This document shows, one piece after another, positions 1 through 9,208 of a stretch of 64,000 bases of DNA. The DNA comes from a virus. Each line of letters opens with the position of its first letter. The first letter of the stretch is position 1. A program made the translations under genes and the position numbers. The stretch is from positions 2,384 to 66,383 of IMG/VR virus record IMGVR_UViG_3300045947_000193. One strand, written 5' to 3'. Below the pieces are notes generated by a model. It had not been told where the DNA came from. It did no database searches and saw only the letters and a list, made by a program, of their open reading frames with translations.

Positions 1-1
1 G

Positions 2-163
2 ACCACCCAGACGGGACGCATGCGCGCGGAGCTGCCCCAGGGGACCATGGCCGTGCAATCCGGGAAGCTGGGCAGCAGCGAGCAGGCCACCCTGGCGGTC
101 ACCACCCCCAGGAGTACCGTGCACATACGCGATGCCCAAACCGCCATCAAGGTCAAGGAGTAA
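2..163 (+). CDS. FecR-domain protein, 3' end only (truncated by window edge)
   Basis: Frame 2 reads TTQTGRMRAELPQGTMAVQSGKLGSSEQATLAVTTPRSTVHIRDAQTAIKVKE*; the G..avqSGKl..v.TP pattern and adjacency to an OmpA gene fit FecR-family proteins. Confidence 0.55.
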   Translation, partial: TTQTGRMRAELPQGTMAVQSGKLGSSEQATLAVTTPRSTVHIRDAQTAIKVKE

Positions 164-167
164 GCCC

Positions 168-749
168 ATGCGCCTGGCTGCCCTGCTCCTCTGCGGGCTC
201 CTCCTGTCTGCCTGCCCTGCCTCTGAGACGGTGGTCCTGGTGCGCCAACTCCGCGACACCACCGGCGCCGTCACCATAGAGTCAGGCACCCAGACGCAGA
301 CGCTCAGCGCCCCCCTGCACACGGCCACCCACGACGGGGACCGGCTGCGCACCAGCGTGTCCAGCCAGACAGATGTCCGGGAGCAGTTTGGCCCGACGCT
401 GGACGCGCTCCCCGCCGCCTCACAGGTGTACACCGTCTACTTTACTACCGGCAGCACGGCCTTGCTCCCCGCGTCCAGTGCCCTGGTCGACCGCATTGTC
501 GAGGAGGTAGCCCGGCGCCGTGCGGTCGAAGTGCAGGTAACCGGCCACACAGACCGCGTGGGGAGCCTGGAGAGCAACGACCAGCTTTCTGAGCAGCGCG
601 CCGCCGCTGTCCGCGATCTGCTGAGCGCACGCGGACTGCATGCGTCCCTGGTGCGCGTGGTGGGACGCGGGGAGCGAGAGCCCCTGGTGCCCACCCCGGA
701 CGAGACCCCGGAGCCTCGCAACAGACGAGTGGAGATACTCATAAGGTAG
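168..749 (+). CDS. OmpA-family peptidoglycan-binding lipoprotein
   Basis: Lipobox LLSAC after a hydrophobic signal; OmpA C-terminal motifs VTGHTDRVG, NDQLSEQRAAAV, GRGEREP, RNRRVEI; start moved to ATG 168. Confidence 0.9.
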   Translation: MRLAALLLCGLLLSACPASETVVLVRQLRDTTGAVTIESGTQTQTLSAPLHTATHDGDRLRTSVSSQTDVREQFGPTLDALPAASQVYTVYFTTGSTALLPASSALVDRIVEEVARRRAVEVQVTGHTDRVGSLESNDQLSEQRAAAVRDLLSARGLHASLVRVVGRGEREPLVPTPDETPEPRNRRVEILIR

Positions 750-753
750 GGCT

Positions 754-1341
754 ATGGCAGAGACCAACGAGCACCCCAAAGCCGCCAAGTGGTGGCAAAC
801 GATGTTGACCACCCCGGCCTTGCTCTTGGCCCTAGGGGGAGGCATTGGGACCGCCATCCCCGCTGTCTGGCAGGAGTACAAAGCCTGGCGCTTAGGGGTG
901 CAAGCGAACCAGCTTCAGCAGATCGAAGACCAACAAGTGCTGTGGGAGAAAAATCTCCATTGCTTGCGCGTGAAGCCCGTCTACACGATCACCCTGGACG
1001 CGGACGTAGAGGTGGGCGTCATTTTGTGCCAGAGCGGCGATGCGCTCCTGCGCTACCAGCGCGCGCCGGAGGTGGTGACCTACACCTGGATACCGTACCC
1101 CAGGCATAAACCCGTGCCGGAGCCCCAGCACTCCAGCGCTGGGGACCTGGTGACCCCGCAGACGCGCGTGGTCTATGGCGCCACGCGCTGCGTGATCCTC
1201 CAGGCTCGTCTTCTCGCGTGGGTGCTTGCCGATGATGACACGCTCCAGCGCTGTCACATTGAGTACATTACCCTCGTGCGTGGCACGCTCCTAGAGCGTC
1301 GCGAGCTGCCCTGTACGCGCTGTGAGGATGCCACGAGCTAG
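754..1341 (+). CDS. Membrane-anchored hypothetical protein
   Basis: N-terminal hydrophobic helix (ALLLALGGGIGTAIPAVW); paired cysteines in soluble part. Confidence 0.55.
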   Translation: MAETNEHPKAAKWWQTMLTTPALLLALGGGIGTAIPAVWQEYKAWRLGVQANQLQQIEDQQVLWEKNLHCLRVKPVYTITLDADVEVGVILCQSGDALLRYQRAPEVVTYTWIPYPRHKPVPEPQHSSAGDLVTPQTRVVYGATRCVILQARLLAWVLADDDTLQRCHIEYITLVRGTLLERRELPCTRCEDATS

Positions 1342-1376
1342 ACCCCTCGCCTCAACTTCTGATAGAAACCATTATG

Positions 1377-1907
1377 TCAACTTTGGCGATATGTCTCTGA
1401 GCTAAAGAGTGCTAAGAAAGATGGTGGCAAAGCAAACCATTCCCCCTGCATATGCCAGTCATGTAATTGCTGATGGAGATAATGCTCACAGGCAAAAGCA
1501 TCCATCACCAAGACTTTAGCAGCGACTTCTAAATGCCACATACTCCCAACTTGTAGACCACCTAACCGCGTCTCTGGCTTGAGGCTGCGCCCTATCTTGA
1601 CGTATTCGGTCCCCTGTGCCCGGATGAAATACACATACTCCTTGCCTGGTGGGGTATGCACAGGAAGGGGAGGGTGCAAATTCCGACAGGCGGCAGCGAT
1701 CCCGGCAAGCCTGGTAAGGTCCTCGACCGTATACGCTGGCCTGTCCTGCAGGGCCAGGTACTGGATGAGTGCCTTGTTGACCACGTCCGACATAGACCGC
1801 GCATGGGCCATAGCAAACGCCGCAAGGTGGGTGCGCAGGCGGAGGGGAATCGACACGCTCAAAAGCACACCGGGATTCGTATCTCTGGTACAATGGACAG
1901 CATCCAT
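1377..1907 (-). CDS. GIY-YIG (T5orf172/MUG113-like) nuclease with N-terminal ribbon-helix-helix
   Basis: YVYFIRAQGTEYVKIGRS...RL..LQVG...E..LH..L....GEWF; N-terminal RSMSDVVNKALIQYL; RBS GAGGAG before ATG 1907. Confidence 0.8.
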   Translation of the reverse strand: MDAVHCTRDTNPGVLLSVSIPLRLRTHLAAFAMAHARSMSDVVNKALIQYLALQDRPAYTVEDLTRLAGIAAACRNLHPPLPVHTPPGKEYVYFIRAQGTEYVKIGRSLKPETRLGGLQVGSMWHLEVAAKVLVMDAFACEHYLHQQLHDWHMQGEWFALPPSFLALFSSETYRQS

Positions 1908-2057
1908 GAGGCTTGTCTCCTCGAAAGACAGGCACGGTGGGGAGAAGCATGCCGGTGGTGACACACCGGCATGCTTCGTTAGACTTCCCCTAGTATACCT
2001 ATGGTCACTGCCATGCACTAGGGGAGTCTCTGTATGGGAATTTGTACCACTCTGTCA

Positions 2058-2399
2058 TCACAGATCGAAGCCCTTAAAGCGCTCATAGAGCAGCAGGAAC
2101 ATCTGGGCCATAAGACGGCGCCCAGGGGGACTACAATAGTCCTCGACCTGGTCCAGCAAGTCCAGCAGCCCGGCCCGCTCTGTAGGGGTGATCAGACGGG
2201 TGACCTCGACCCCCAGGGCGCGCGCCAGGGCGTGACAGACCTCTAGCGTGGGACTAAAGCGCTCTGCCTCTAACCGGGTGATGACATGGCGTGAGAGCTG
2301 TGCCCGCTCTGCCAGGGCACGCTGAGACAACCCACGCTGGAGCCGCAGACGGCGCAAGCGCTGGCCAAAGGTTTCGAGTACTCCTGGTGGAACCTCCAT
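2058..2399 (-). CDS. XRE-family HTH regulator
   Basis: FGQRLRRLRLQRGLSQRALAERAQLSRHVITRLE..RFSPTLE. Confidence 0.9.
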   Translation of the reverse strand: MEVPPGVLETFGQRLRRLRLQRGLSQRALAERAQLSRHVITRLEAERFSPTLEVCHALARALGVEVTRLITPTERAGLLDLLDQVEDYCSPPGRRLMAQMFLLLYERFKGFDL

Positions 2400-2515
2400 T
2401 ACTCCTAACCTCTTGCCCGTTGGTGCACTACGCACACCATAGGCCCAAAAATGGACGCAAGGTAAGCAGGGGATGCGCAGGACACGCACCTTGCCAGGTG
2501 GGGGACGGGGACACG

Positions 2516-2998
2516 TTAGGGTTGGGGAGACTGAGGCAGCGGAGGGCGTGCAGGAGCAACCGGCAACGGCACCAGCCCGGCCAGCGCACGCAGTAGGCGC
2601 GTATTCGGCGGCTTGCCATACGGGCGCTTGCCTTCCACCGCCAGCACAAAATACCCCAGCACCTCCTGCCTGGCCGCCACGTCCATGCCCTTGAGCATGT
2701 CCGCCATCATTGCCCCGACGCGAGCCCAGGAGGGCTCGCGCCGCTCAGGCTTGCGCTTCTTGGGGGGGAGCCAGAACTGTTCCGGCAAATCCAGCCGCGC
2801 CGCCAGGATGCGCAGCTCTCGTTCCACCCAGCCGCGCCGCCCTGAGAGTTTTTCCGACAGCCGCGCCTGGGTTGTGCCAATCCACTCAGCGGCTATACGC
2901 TGGGACACCCGTAACTGCCGCATGCGTCCGCCAAGTTCAAACCGTTGTGCTTCTGTGAGATCAATAAGGGCCATAGGCGTGTTCTCCGGGATGCTCAT
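2516..2998 (-). CDS. XRE-family repressor (CI-like position)
   Basis: RMRQLRVSQRIAAEWIGTTQARLSEKLSGRR HTH; divergent from the Cro-like gene. Confidence 0.7.
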   Translation of the reverse strand: MSIPENTPMALIDLTEAQRFELGGRMRQLRVSQRIAAEWIGTTQARLSEKLSGRRGWVERELRILAARLDLPEQFWLPPKKRKPERREPSWARVGAMMADMLKGMDVAARQEVLGYFVLAVEGKRPYGKPPNTRLLRALAGLVPLPVAPARPPLPQSPQP

Positions 2999-3215
2999 AG
3001 TTGCCTGACAACCAGGCGCAGGCCATCTATCCCTCTATGGCCGCGATGACTGTTAAGTCATGATAAAGTAAAGCGTTCCCCGCTTGATAATTTATCATGC
3101 GCACTCGGAATGTGCAATACGGGCACAAAACTGCACCCACAATAGGCGCGGTTTTCTTATAGAAACCACACTGCGCTATTGGTCCCTCCTATAGCATTTT
3201 TCGCGCACTTTTTCC

Positions 3216-3247
3216 TTGCCCCAGATAAAATATCTTGATATTGTATC
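3216..3247 (+). promoter_or_regulatory. Rightward early promoter overlapped by tandem GATA-N3-TATC operator
   Basis: TTGCCC(3216)-N17-TATTGT(3239) with extended TG; GATAaaaTATC-TT-GATAttgTATC at 3224-3247; single GATAattTATC at 3086-3096. Confidence 0.7.
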
Positions 3248-3292
3248 AAGCCTATAAGATCACAAATTCCCGCCCACAGGAGAGGGGGACCT

Positions 3293-3568
3293 ATGTCCAT
3301 GCCTACCCATGAGCGGCTCCGGTTTTGGCGCCAGGCCCGTAGCCTCACACAGCAAGAACTTGCGTCCCGTGTGCAGGTGGCACAGTCCTGGATTGCTACG
3401 CTGGAAAAGGGACTCTTTCCCATCCGGGAGCCACTCCTCTCAGCCCTGGCTGAGGCACTCCATGTCCCGGTTGTCTGCTTCCTGCCCCAGAGCCCGGACC
3501 CGCTGCGCGTGACCGAAGAGGCATACACCATGATCTGCGCCCAGCAGCCCGTGGACGCCGTGGCATGA
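3293..3568 (+). CDS. Cro-like XRE HTH protein
   Basis: RLRFWRQARSLTQQELASRVQVAQSWIATLEKG; first gene of the rightward operon. Confidence 0.85.
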   Translation: MSMPTHERLRFWRQARSLTQQELASRVQVAQSWIATLEKGLFPIREPLLSALAEALHVPVVCFLPQSPDPLRVTEEAYTMICAQQPVDAVA

Positions 3569-3862
3569 GCCATACCCATGTCTACCACTGCCAGTGTCCC
3601 GCTGGGACGCCGTCGCACCCGCATACTCCCTGCCCCGTCGTGCAGCGCTGGCTCAGCCTGGCATGCTGGGGAGAGGGAGGCATTGCAGGCGTGTGCTGGC
3701 GCGATCCCCACCCCCACCGTCCTGGCCATCGGATGATTTTGCCTGTTAAGGAGGGCGCCCTGTGGTGTCCTCCCCAACACTTGCACCGGAGCCCGTTGCC
3801 GGTAGGCGTGTTTCTCTGCCTCGACACCTGGGTGCGTGCGATGATCCAAGAGGACGCAGCAC

Positions 3863-4180
3863 ATGAACAAGATCGGTTTTAGTGACCCCGCCAACGACCC
3901 AGAGCAAGTCAGCCTGCCCGGCATGCTTGCCACCCTCCCCGAGACCGTCCAGGGCGTCAGCCTGTCTATGGTGGAGCAATTTTTGAAGGGATGGATTGCA
4001 CTGGATGGAGAAGCCGCCGTGATCACCGGCAGGAAAAAAGACCTCTGCGACGACTTTAAGCTCAGAGGGATGCCCCTCAAAACGGTGAAGGCTGCCATTG
4101 CCATTGTCAGGGCGCAGCAACGCGCAGAGGCACCCCCAGACCTCTTAGATGCCTGTGTGGAAGCCGTCAAGCGCTTGTAA
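3863..4180 (+). CDS. GapR/DUF2312-like DNA-binding protein
   Basis: LDGEAAVITGRKKDLCDDFKLRGMPLKTVKAAIAIVR follows the GapR pattern Le.Ek..i....kd.....K..G.d.k.....i..R. Confidence 0.55.
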   Translation: MNKIGFSDPANDPEQVSLPGMLATLPETVQGVSLSMVEQFLKGWIALDGEAAVITGRKKDLCDDFKLRGMPLKTVKAAIAIVRAQQRAEAPPDLLDACVEAVKRL

Positions 4181-4192
4181 ATGGCGCAGCGG

Positions 4193-4414
4193 TCACGCGC
4201 TGGATGTTGTGCTCACCCTGTACCCATGGCTTTCATCCTGGCGCGCGCGTGCTTCTCGCAGCAGACGCCGGATACACGCGCTAGCGCCGTCCGGCTGGTC
4301 TTTTGCCCATTCCCAGTCCGCAGGGGAGAGAAGCAGTTGAAACCGTACATACCCCTGGGGCTTTGGCCCTGTTTTCTTTTTGGGTTTCTGTGGTGTGGTG
4401 TCTTGGTAATTCAT
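4193..4414 (-). CDS. Small ribbon-helix-helix regulator
   Basis: KKKTGPKPQGYVRFQLLLSPADWEWAK...GASACIRRLLREAR; AT-rich divergent promoter region upstream. Confidence 0.6.
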   Translation of the reverse strand: MNYQDTTPQKPKKKTGPKPQGYVRFQLLLSPADWEWAKDQPDGASACIRRLLREARARQDESHGYRVSTTSSA

Positions 4415-4538
4415 ACACAAATAATACACACGGGTTTTGCATTGTGCAATGCGCATTCCACTCCTACAATGGTTACAACAACAGTTGTATTAATAGTTGT
4501 GTATACATTCATTCGCATGCACAATGGAGGTAGCAAGG

Positions 4539-5420
4539 ATGGCTGAGCCCGCAACCCTCTCCACTGATTCCCGGCGCACGCATGCCTTCTACGTGGACGA
4601 TGACCTCATAGACACCTACGCCGAGCAGATAGGGGTGAATGGGATTGCCGTCTATACCCTCCTGGTACGCTACGCCAAACGCCACCACGCCTGGCCCGGC
4701 TATAAGACGATCACGGCGAAGTTGCACATTGGCCGCAGTACCCTGGTGCGCACGCTGGCCCGCCTGGAGCGCGTCGGACTCATCACCATCACCCGGCGCT
4801 ACACCACAGCGGGGGACCGAGACACCAACCTCTATACCATTCTCGACCTGCACCAGCCCCCCGAGCAGCTCACCCTGGAGGGTGGTCCCACAGTGGCACC
4901 AGGTGGTCCTATGGCGGCGCCACGGTGGTCCTGTAACGGTAGCACGGTGGTACCGGAGCAGGACTGGAAGGAATCTCATTTGAAGGAATCTCATTTAAGG
5001 AAAGACACACCCCCTTCCCCCTCAGAGAGGGGGGGAGTGTGCGACCTCACCCCATTGCTGCGCAGTAAACGCCCGAAGAAAACCCCCAGGCCGCCGTCCC
5101 TCGATGAGCAGCAGGCCCTGTACCACCACGTCACAGATACGGCCTTCCAGGGGTGGTACCACAGCACCGCCCTGCCCTATGACCTCGACGACCAGTGGGC
5201 ACGCTTCATGATCGACGCAGGCGCCAATGGCCGGGAGTATGCCGACTGGCGCGACGCTTTCAAAAACTGGCTGTTGTCCCCGTTCCGGCGCATCCCGACC
5301 GGCGACGAGCCCAGCAAGGCCGACGCGCGCGACGCCCGCAACAAGGCCACAAGCATCCAACTGGAGGCACTCATTACCAATGGACGCGCAACACATACCC
5401 GCATTCACCAAGGCTCTTGA
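4539..5420 (+). CDS. Phage replication initiator (N-terminal winged HTH)
   Basis: IAVYTLLVRYA...AWPGYKTITAKLHIGRSTLVRTLARLERVGLITI...RDTNLYTI; C-terminal YADWRDAFKNWL; internal iterons. Confidence 0.8.
   Translation: MAEPATLSTDSRRTHAFYVDDDLIDTYAEQIGVNGIAVYTLLVRYAKRHHAWPGYKTITAKLHIGRSTLVRTLARLERVGLITITRRYTTAGDRDTNLYTILDLHQPPEQLTLEGGPTVAPGGPMAAPRWSCNGSTVVPEQDWKESHLKESHLRKDTPPSPSERGGVCDLTPLLRSKRPKKTPRPPSLDEQQALYHHVTDTAFQGWYHSTALPYDLDDQWARFMIDAGANGREYADWRDAFKNWLLSPFRRIPTGDEPSKADARDARNKATSIQLEALITNGRATHTRIHQGS
4881..4996 (+). repeat. Iterons / putative replication origin 1
   Basis: GGTGGT(C/A)C at 4881, 4902, 4924, 4946 (21-22 bp spacing), then tandem 15-mer GAAGGAATCTCATTT at 4967-4996. Confidence 0.7.
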
Positions 5421-5775
5421 CCTGCTCGCCGCCGTGTTTAGCGCGGACGTGAGCCTGGAAAAAAAGCATGGGTACTGGATGGCCCTCGCAGACTATCCCC
5501 TAGAGGCGGTCGAACATGCCTGCCTCATGGCTATGCGCACCGAGCCCCATTTTCCCGTGCCTGCGATCTTGCGCGCACTGGCCAGGGAGTACCAGCACAC
5601 GCAGCGCGCCAAGGCCCGACCTGTCGACCTGGACCTGCAGGAGCGCATCTCTGCGGCGGACGTGCAGGCCCTCATTGCCAGTGTCTGGCCGGAGATGGCC
5701 CAGCGTGACGCCGTCGACCCGTGGGACGTGGCCCAGCCGGAGGACCCGCATGGCGCCGCCAGCGACGCCGCCTAA
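5380..5775 (+). CDS. Helicase loader/inhibitor (G39P-like)
   Basis: YWMALADYPLEAVEHAC..AMRTEPHFPVPAILR, overlapping the end of the initiator gene. Confidence 0.6.
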   Translation: MDAQHIPAFTKALDLLAAVFSADVSLEKKHGYWMALADYPLEAVEHACLMAMRTEPHFPVPAILRALAREYQHTQRAKARPVDLDLQERISAADVQALIASVWPEMAQRDAVDPWDVAQPEDPHGAASDAA

Positions 5776-6586
5776 GCCCGTCTGTACGGCGGACATGGAC
5801 AGCCACGCCTGGCGTCTGCTGGACCGGCTCCTGCTGGGACTGTACGACACCCAGGGGTACGCGGAGCAGCTCCTCACCTGGGAGTGCGCCCGGTGTGGCG
5901 TGCGCATCTGGGCAGACGGGATGGTGCACCGGGAGACTGGCCATATCTGCCCGGTAGCGTGGGAAGCAAACACGCGCAAGGAGCGCAGCAGGAAGGATGC
6001 CTGGGGAGCCGCCTGGAACACCATCGAACGCAGCCAGCGCCAGGCCGCCATTGTGGCCGCGCGCCAGCGCCTGGACGTGCAGAGGCGCTTAGGAGTGGCA
6101 TGAGCAAGAAACCGAGCCCCAGACCGTCCCACCGGGAGGATGCCTGCACGGCCTTTCCGGCGTCGACCCGCAAGGAAGGGCTCTACAAATGCCCCCGCTG
6201 TAGTGGTGTGGTGACGGCTGGGGACGTGCCGGGTGTCTGGGTGACCCCGGTCAAGGGGGACGCACACGACTGTACCACCTGGCTGCAACGGCTGGCAGCC
6301 TGTGGGCTAGGAGGAGAGGATGGCCGCCACTGTTGACAATGTGCGCCTGGTCGACCAGTGCTGGTGCTTTACGGTGTCCGTCGACCCCCCGGAACACTTG
6401 CCGGGTGTACTGGCTGTGCTGATACAGGCTATTCCCATGACCGAACGGACGTGCGACGCCGACACGCAGACCTGGCGCATTACCCACAGCGCGCGCAACA
6501 AGGCGATCTTGCGCAGTATGTTTACCAACTTCGCCAGGGCAGCGGACGCGCTCAGGCGTCAGGGCACCCTGCACACGAAAGGCTAG
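5750..6586 (+). CDS. Three small overlapping hypothetical ORFs (5750-6103, 6100-6336, 6320-6586)
   Basis: Each has a GGAG-type RBS and overlaps the next; first two carry CxxC motifs. Confidence 0.5.
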
Positions 6587-6589
6587 ACG

Positions 6590-7981
6590 ATGGTTGCAAC
6601 CCCGCGACTGGTACAAAAAAAGCTGGTCGAACTTGGCAGAATCCGTATCGGGGACCGTGTCCCCACGCAGAGCGGCAAGGGGACCAGGCCGCACAAGCTC
6701 TTGCAGTTTCGGCTGACCTCGCCCAACCCGGCCTTGCTCAACTTTGCCGCGAGCAGCTACGGCGGCGACGTGCGCCCGTGGGTAGGCGACGGCGCCCCGG
6801 TCGACGAACACGGCAGGCCGACGCAGCGCGAACTCTACACCAATGTCAACGCGCTGGACGTGCTTATCCCAACCATGAGCGCGGTCAACCTGTCGTATGA
6901 ACTCTGGAGCGCCGCTGGGTGTCAGCGCCGCTGTACCGGCGACGTGATCACCCACTGCCCGCTGCATGAAGCGCAGATTGGCAGCCCGTGCTGTTGCCCA
7001 GAGGATGACCACGAACGCCAGGCCCTGGCCACCCAGGGCAAAGCCTGTGCCCGCATTTTGCGGCTCAATGTGCTGCTCCCGGACCTGCCCGGTATGGGCA
7101 CCTGGCGCCTGGAGACGAAAGGCTACTACGCCACCGCAGAACTCTTAGGAACGCTCGACATGCTGACCATGGCCGGACAGACGCACCATATCATAGAAGC
7201 CGTCCTGCGGCTGGAGCAGCGCACGGTGAAACGCCCAGGGAATGGCCAGGGCACGGGGACCCTGACCTTTGCCGTGCCTATCCTGTGGCCCAAGTGGAGC
7301 CCGCGTCAGATTCTCGCCTCTGCGGCCAGCCAGGGCCATATCTTGATGGCCACCCCGAGCACCCCAGAAGCCCTGAAGACCCTCCCCGAGCACATAGCCG
7401 ACCTGTACGGGGACGATGCCAGCGCCCTGCCCCCAGGGACCCCGGAAACCGACCTCCCCGAGCCCGACAGCGCCAGTGTGGCCGCGCGCCAGCTCCGAGA
7501 GGAGATAGAGGCACAGCTCACCACGATGGGCTACAGCGCCCAGAAACGGACGCAGTGGCGTGGCCGGGTGTGTAGGCGCTACAACGTGCAGCGCTTTGAG
7601 CAGCTCACCCTCGAAAACCTCAGCGCCTTGCTGACCATGATCGAAACCCATACCACGGCGCCCACTGAGGAGCCCACACCGGCAGAGCCCAGGCCGGAGC
7701 CGGAGCCAGAGCCGGAGCCTGCCCCAGAGCCCGAGCCCAGCCCAGAGGAGGACGACACCCCACCGGCGCCCGATGTCGACCCGGCGACGGTCGAAACCCG
7801 CAGCATGATTCTCGACTTGGCGCCGCATGTGCAAGACCGCTGGAAGGCCGAAGAGGCGACCGCCCTCGCAGAGGACCCCGCAGCAACGCTGGACCAACTC
7901 CAGGCCGCCCTGCTCACCCTGCAAAATGTGGCCGCCGATGAACACCGACAAGGAGCACTAGATGGCCCTGACCCCGCGTGA
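6590..7981 (+). CDS. Gp3-like (recombination directionality factor-like) recombination protein
   Basis: ELGRIRIG...RPHKL..FRLTS...YGG.V..W; WSAAGCQRRC.G; RLNVLLPDLPGMGTWRLETKGYYA..EL; Pro/Glu-rich tail. Confidence 0.7.
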   Translation: MVATPRLVQKKLVELGRIRIGDRVPTQSGKGTRPHKLLQFRLTSPNPALLNFAASSYGGDVRPWVGDGAPVDEHGRPTQRELYTNVNALDVLIPTMSAVNLSYELWSAAGCQRRCTGDVITHCPLHEAQIGSPCCCPEDDHERQALATQGKACARILRLNVLLPDLPGMGTWRLETKGYYATAELLGTLDMLTMAGQTHHIIEAVLRLEQRTVKRPGNGQGTGTLTFAVPILWPKWSPRQILASAASQGHILMATPSTPEALKTLPEHIADLYGDDASALPPGTPETDLPEPDSASVAARQLREEIEAQLTTMGYSAQKRTQWRGRVCRRYNVQRFEQLTLENLSALLTMIETHTTAPTEEPTPAEPRPEPEPEPEPAPEPEPSPEEDDTPPAPDVDPATVETRSMILDLAPHVQDRWKAEEATALAEDPAATLDQLQAALLTLQNVAADEHRQGALDGPDPA

Positions 7982-8801
7982 TGTGATCATTCTCGACTTA
8001 GAGACCTCCCGCAGCCCGGACGATTGCCGCCTGTGTGGCAAGGACCGGACCCAGCACATGCCTGGGGTGCTGGTGTGTCCCACGCCAGATCGGCTGGCCG
8101 TGGACCCGGCGAACGTCTACCAGCCGCTAGGCTGGGACAACAAGCCCGCGCTAGGGCTCAGCCTGGGTGCGTACTACTCCTACACCCAGCAGGCCCTGAC
8201 GCTGTTTGACGTGCATTCCCTGGAAGCGACGCTGCAGCACTTTGTCAGTACCGCGCCGTTCCTGGTGTCCTTCAATGGGCTGGGCTTTGACTTTGTGCTC
8301 ATGAGGGGATTGCTCCGCCAGGAAGCCAGCGCGCTGTTTCTGGCAGGGACCCCCGAAGAGAGCGCCAGAGCCCGTGCCCTGGTGACCCTCTGCGATCACT
8401 TCAAGGGGCTCTGCCTGACCTCCTACGATCTATTGCAGGCCATCTGGGACAGTGACCCTGGGAGCCGCCGCGTGCGTGGGCTCAACGGCCTGGACGCCCT
8501 CTGCGATGCCAATAGTATTCCCGGCAAACGCCAGGACAGCGCCACGATTCCTCAGCACTGGAAGGAGGGACAGATTGCGCTGGTAGCCAACCATTGCATG
8601 GGGGACGTGTACGCCACCAAGGCCCTGTTTGAGGTAGCGCTCTCGACGGGCAGCCTGGCCAGGCACAATGGCACGCGCGTGGTGCTCCCGCGTCCGCCTG
8701 GTCTGCCTGAGTGGTTTGTCTGGCAGCTTCGCCCCAGAGAGGTACTCGACAGCGACGCCGCCGACATGGCCGCGTTTCTGGCGGAGGAGCGCACGCCATG
8801 A
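7962..8801 (+). CDS. DnaQ/RNase H-like 3'-5' exonuclease
   Basis: ExoI ILDLET, ExoII SFNGLGFD, ExoIII HCMGDV. Confidence 0.8.
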   Translation: MALTPRDVIILDLETSRSPDDCRLCGKDRTQHMPGVLVCPTPDRLAVDPANVYQPLGWDNKPALGLSLGAYYSYTQQALTLFDVHSLEATLQHFVSTAPFLVSFNGLGFDFVLMRGLLRQEASALFLAGTPEESARARALVTLCDHFKGLCLTSYDLLQAIWDSDPGSRRVRGLNGLDALCDANSIPGKRQDSATIPQHWKEGQIALVANHCMGDVYATKALFEVALSTGSLARHNGTRVVLPRPPGLPEWFVWQLRPREVLDSDAADMAAFLAEERTP

Positions 8802-9208
8802 GCCAGACGCTGTACGGACGCCTGATGCAGGCCGTCAACCGCCGCTGTGGCACGCTCATAGATACCGACCCCGCCGCGCACCTGGACGCGCTGGCGTCAC
8901 TGCTGGAGGTGGTCCAAGCGGAGGAGCGCACCGCTCAGCACGCCCTGTATGAGGCACGGCTCACCGACGTGCTCTGCTGCAAGTGTGGCGCGCGTGTGAT
9001 CAATGAGCCGGACTATCTCCGGCTGCGTCTCTGCGTCATGTGTCGTGCGTGTGGCTGTATGGCCTACTGCGCAACGTGTGGCGAGAGCTACCCGGAGCAC
9101 AACCCTGGAGGGCGTGGGTGTGCGACGTGGCAAGACCCTGTGCCCCCGCGCCACGTGACCGTGCGCGCTGGGGTACCCGCTGGGAATGAGGAGGACTGCA
9201 GCGCATGA
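8798..9208 (+). CDS. Cys-rich hypothetical protein
   Basis: Multiple CxxC pairs; ATGA overlaps at both ends. Confidence 0.5.
   Translation: MSQTLYGRLMQAVNRRCGTLIDTDPAAHLDALASLLEVVQAEERTAQHALYEARLTDVLCCKCGARVINEPDYLRLRLCVMCRACGCMAYCATCGESYPEHNPGGRGCATWQDPVPPRHVTVRAGVPAGNEEDCSA

Noticed and set aside
7681-7745. GAGCC-type repeats here and at ~41480-41560
   Set aside because: They encode Pro-Glu linkers within proteins
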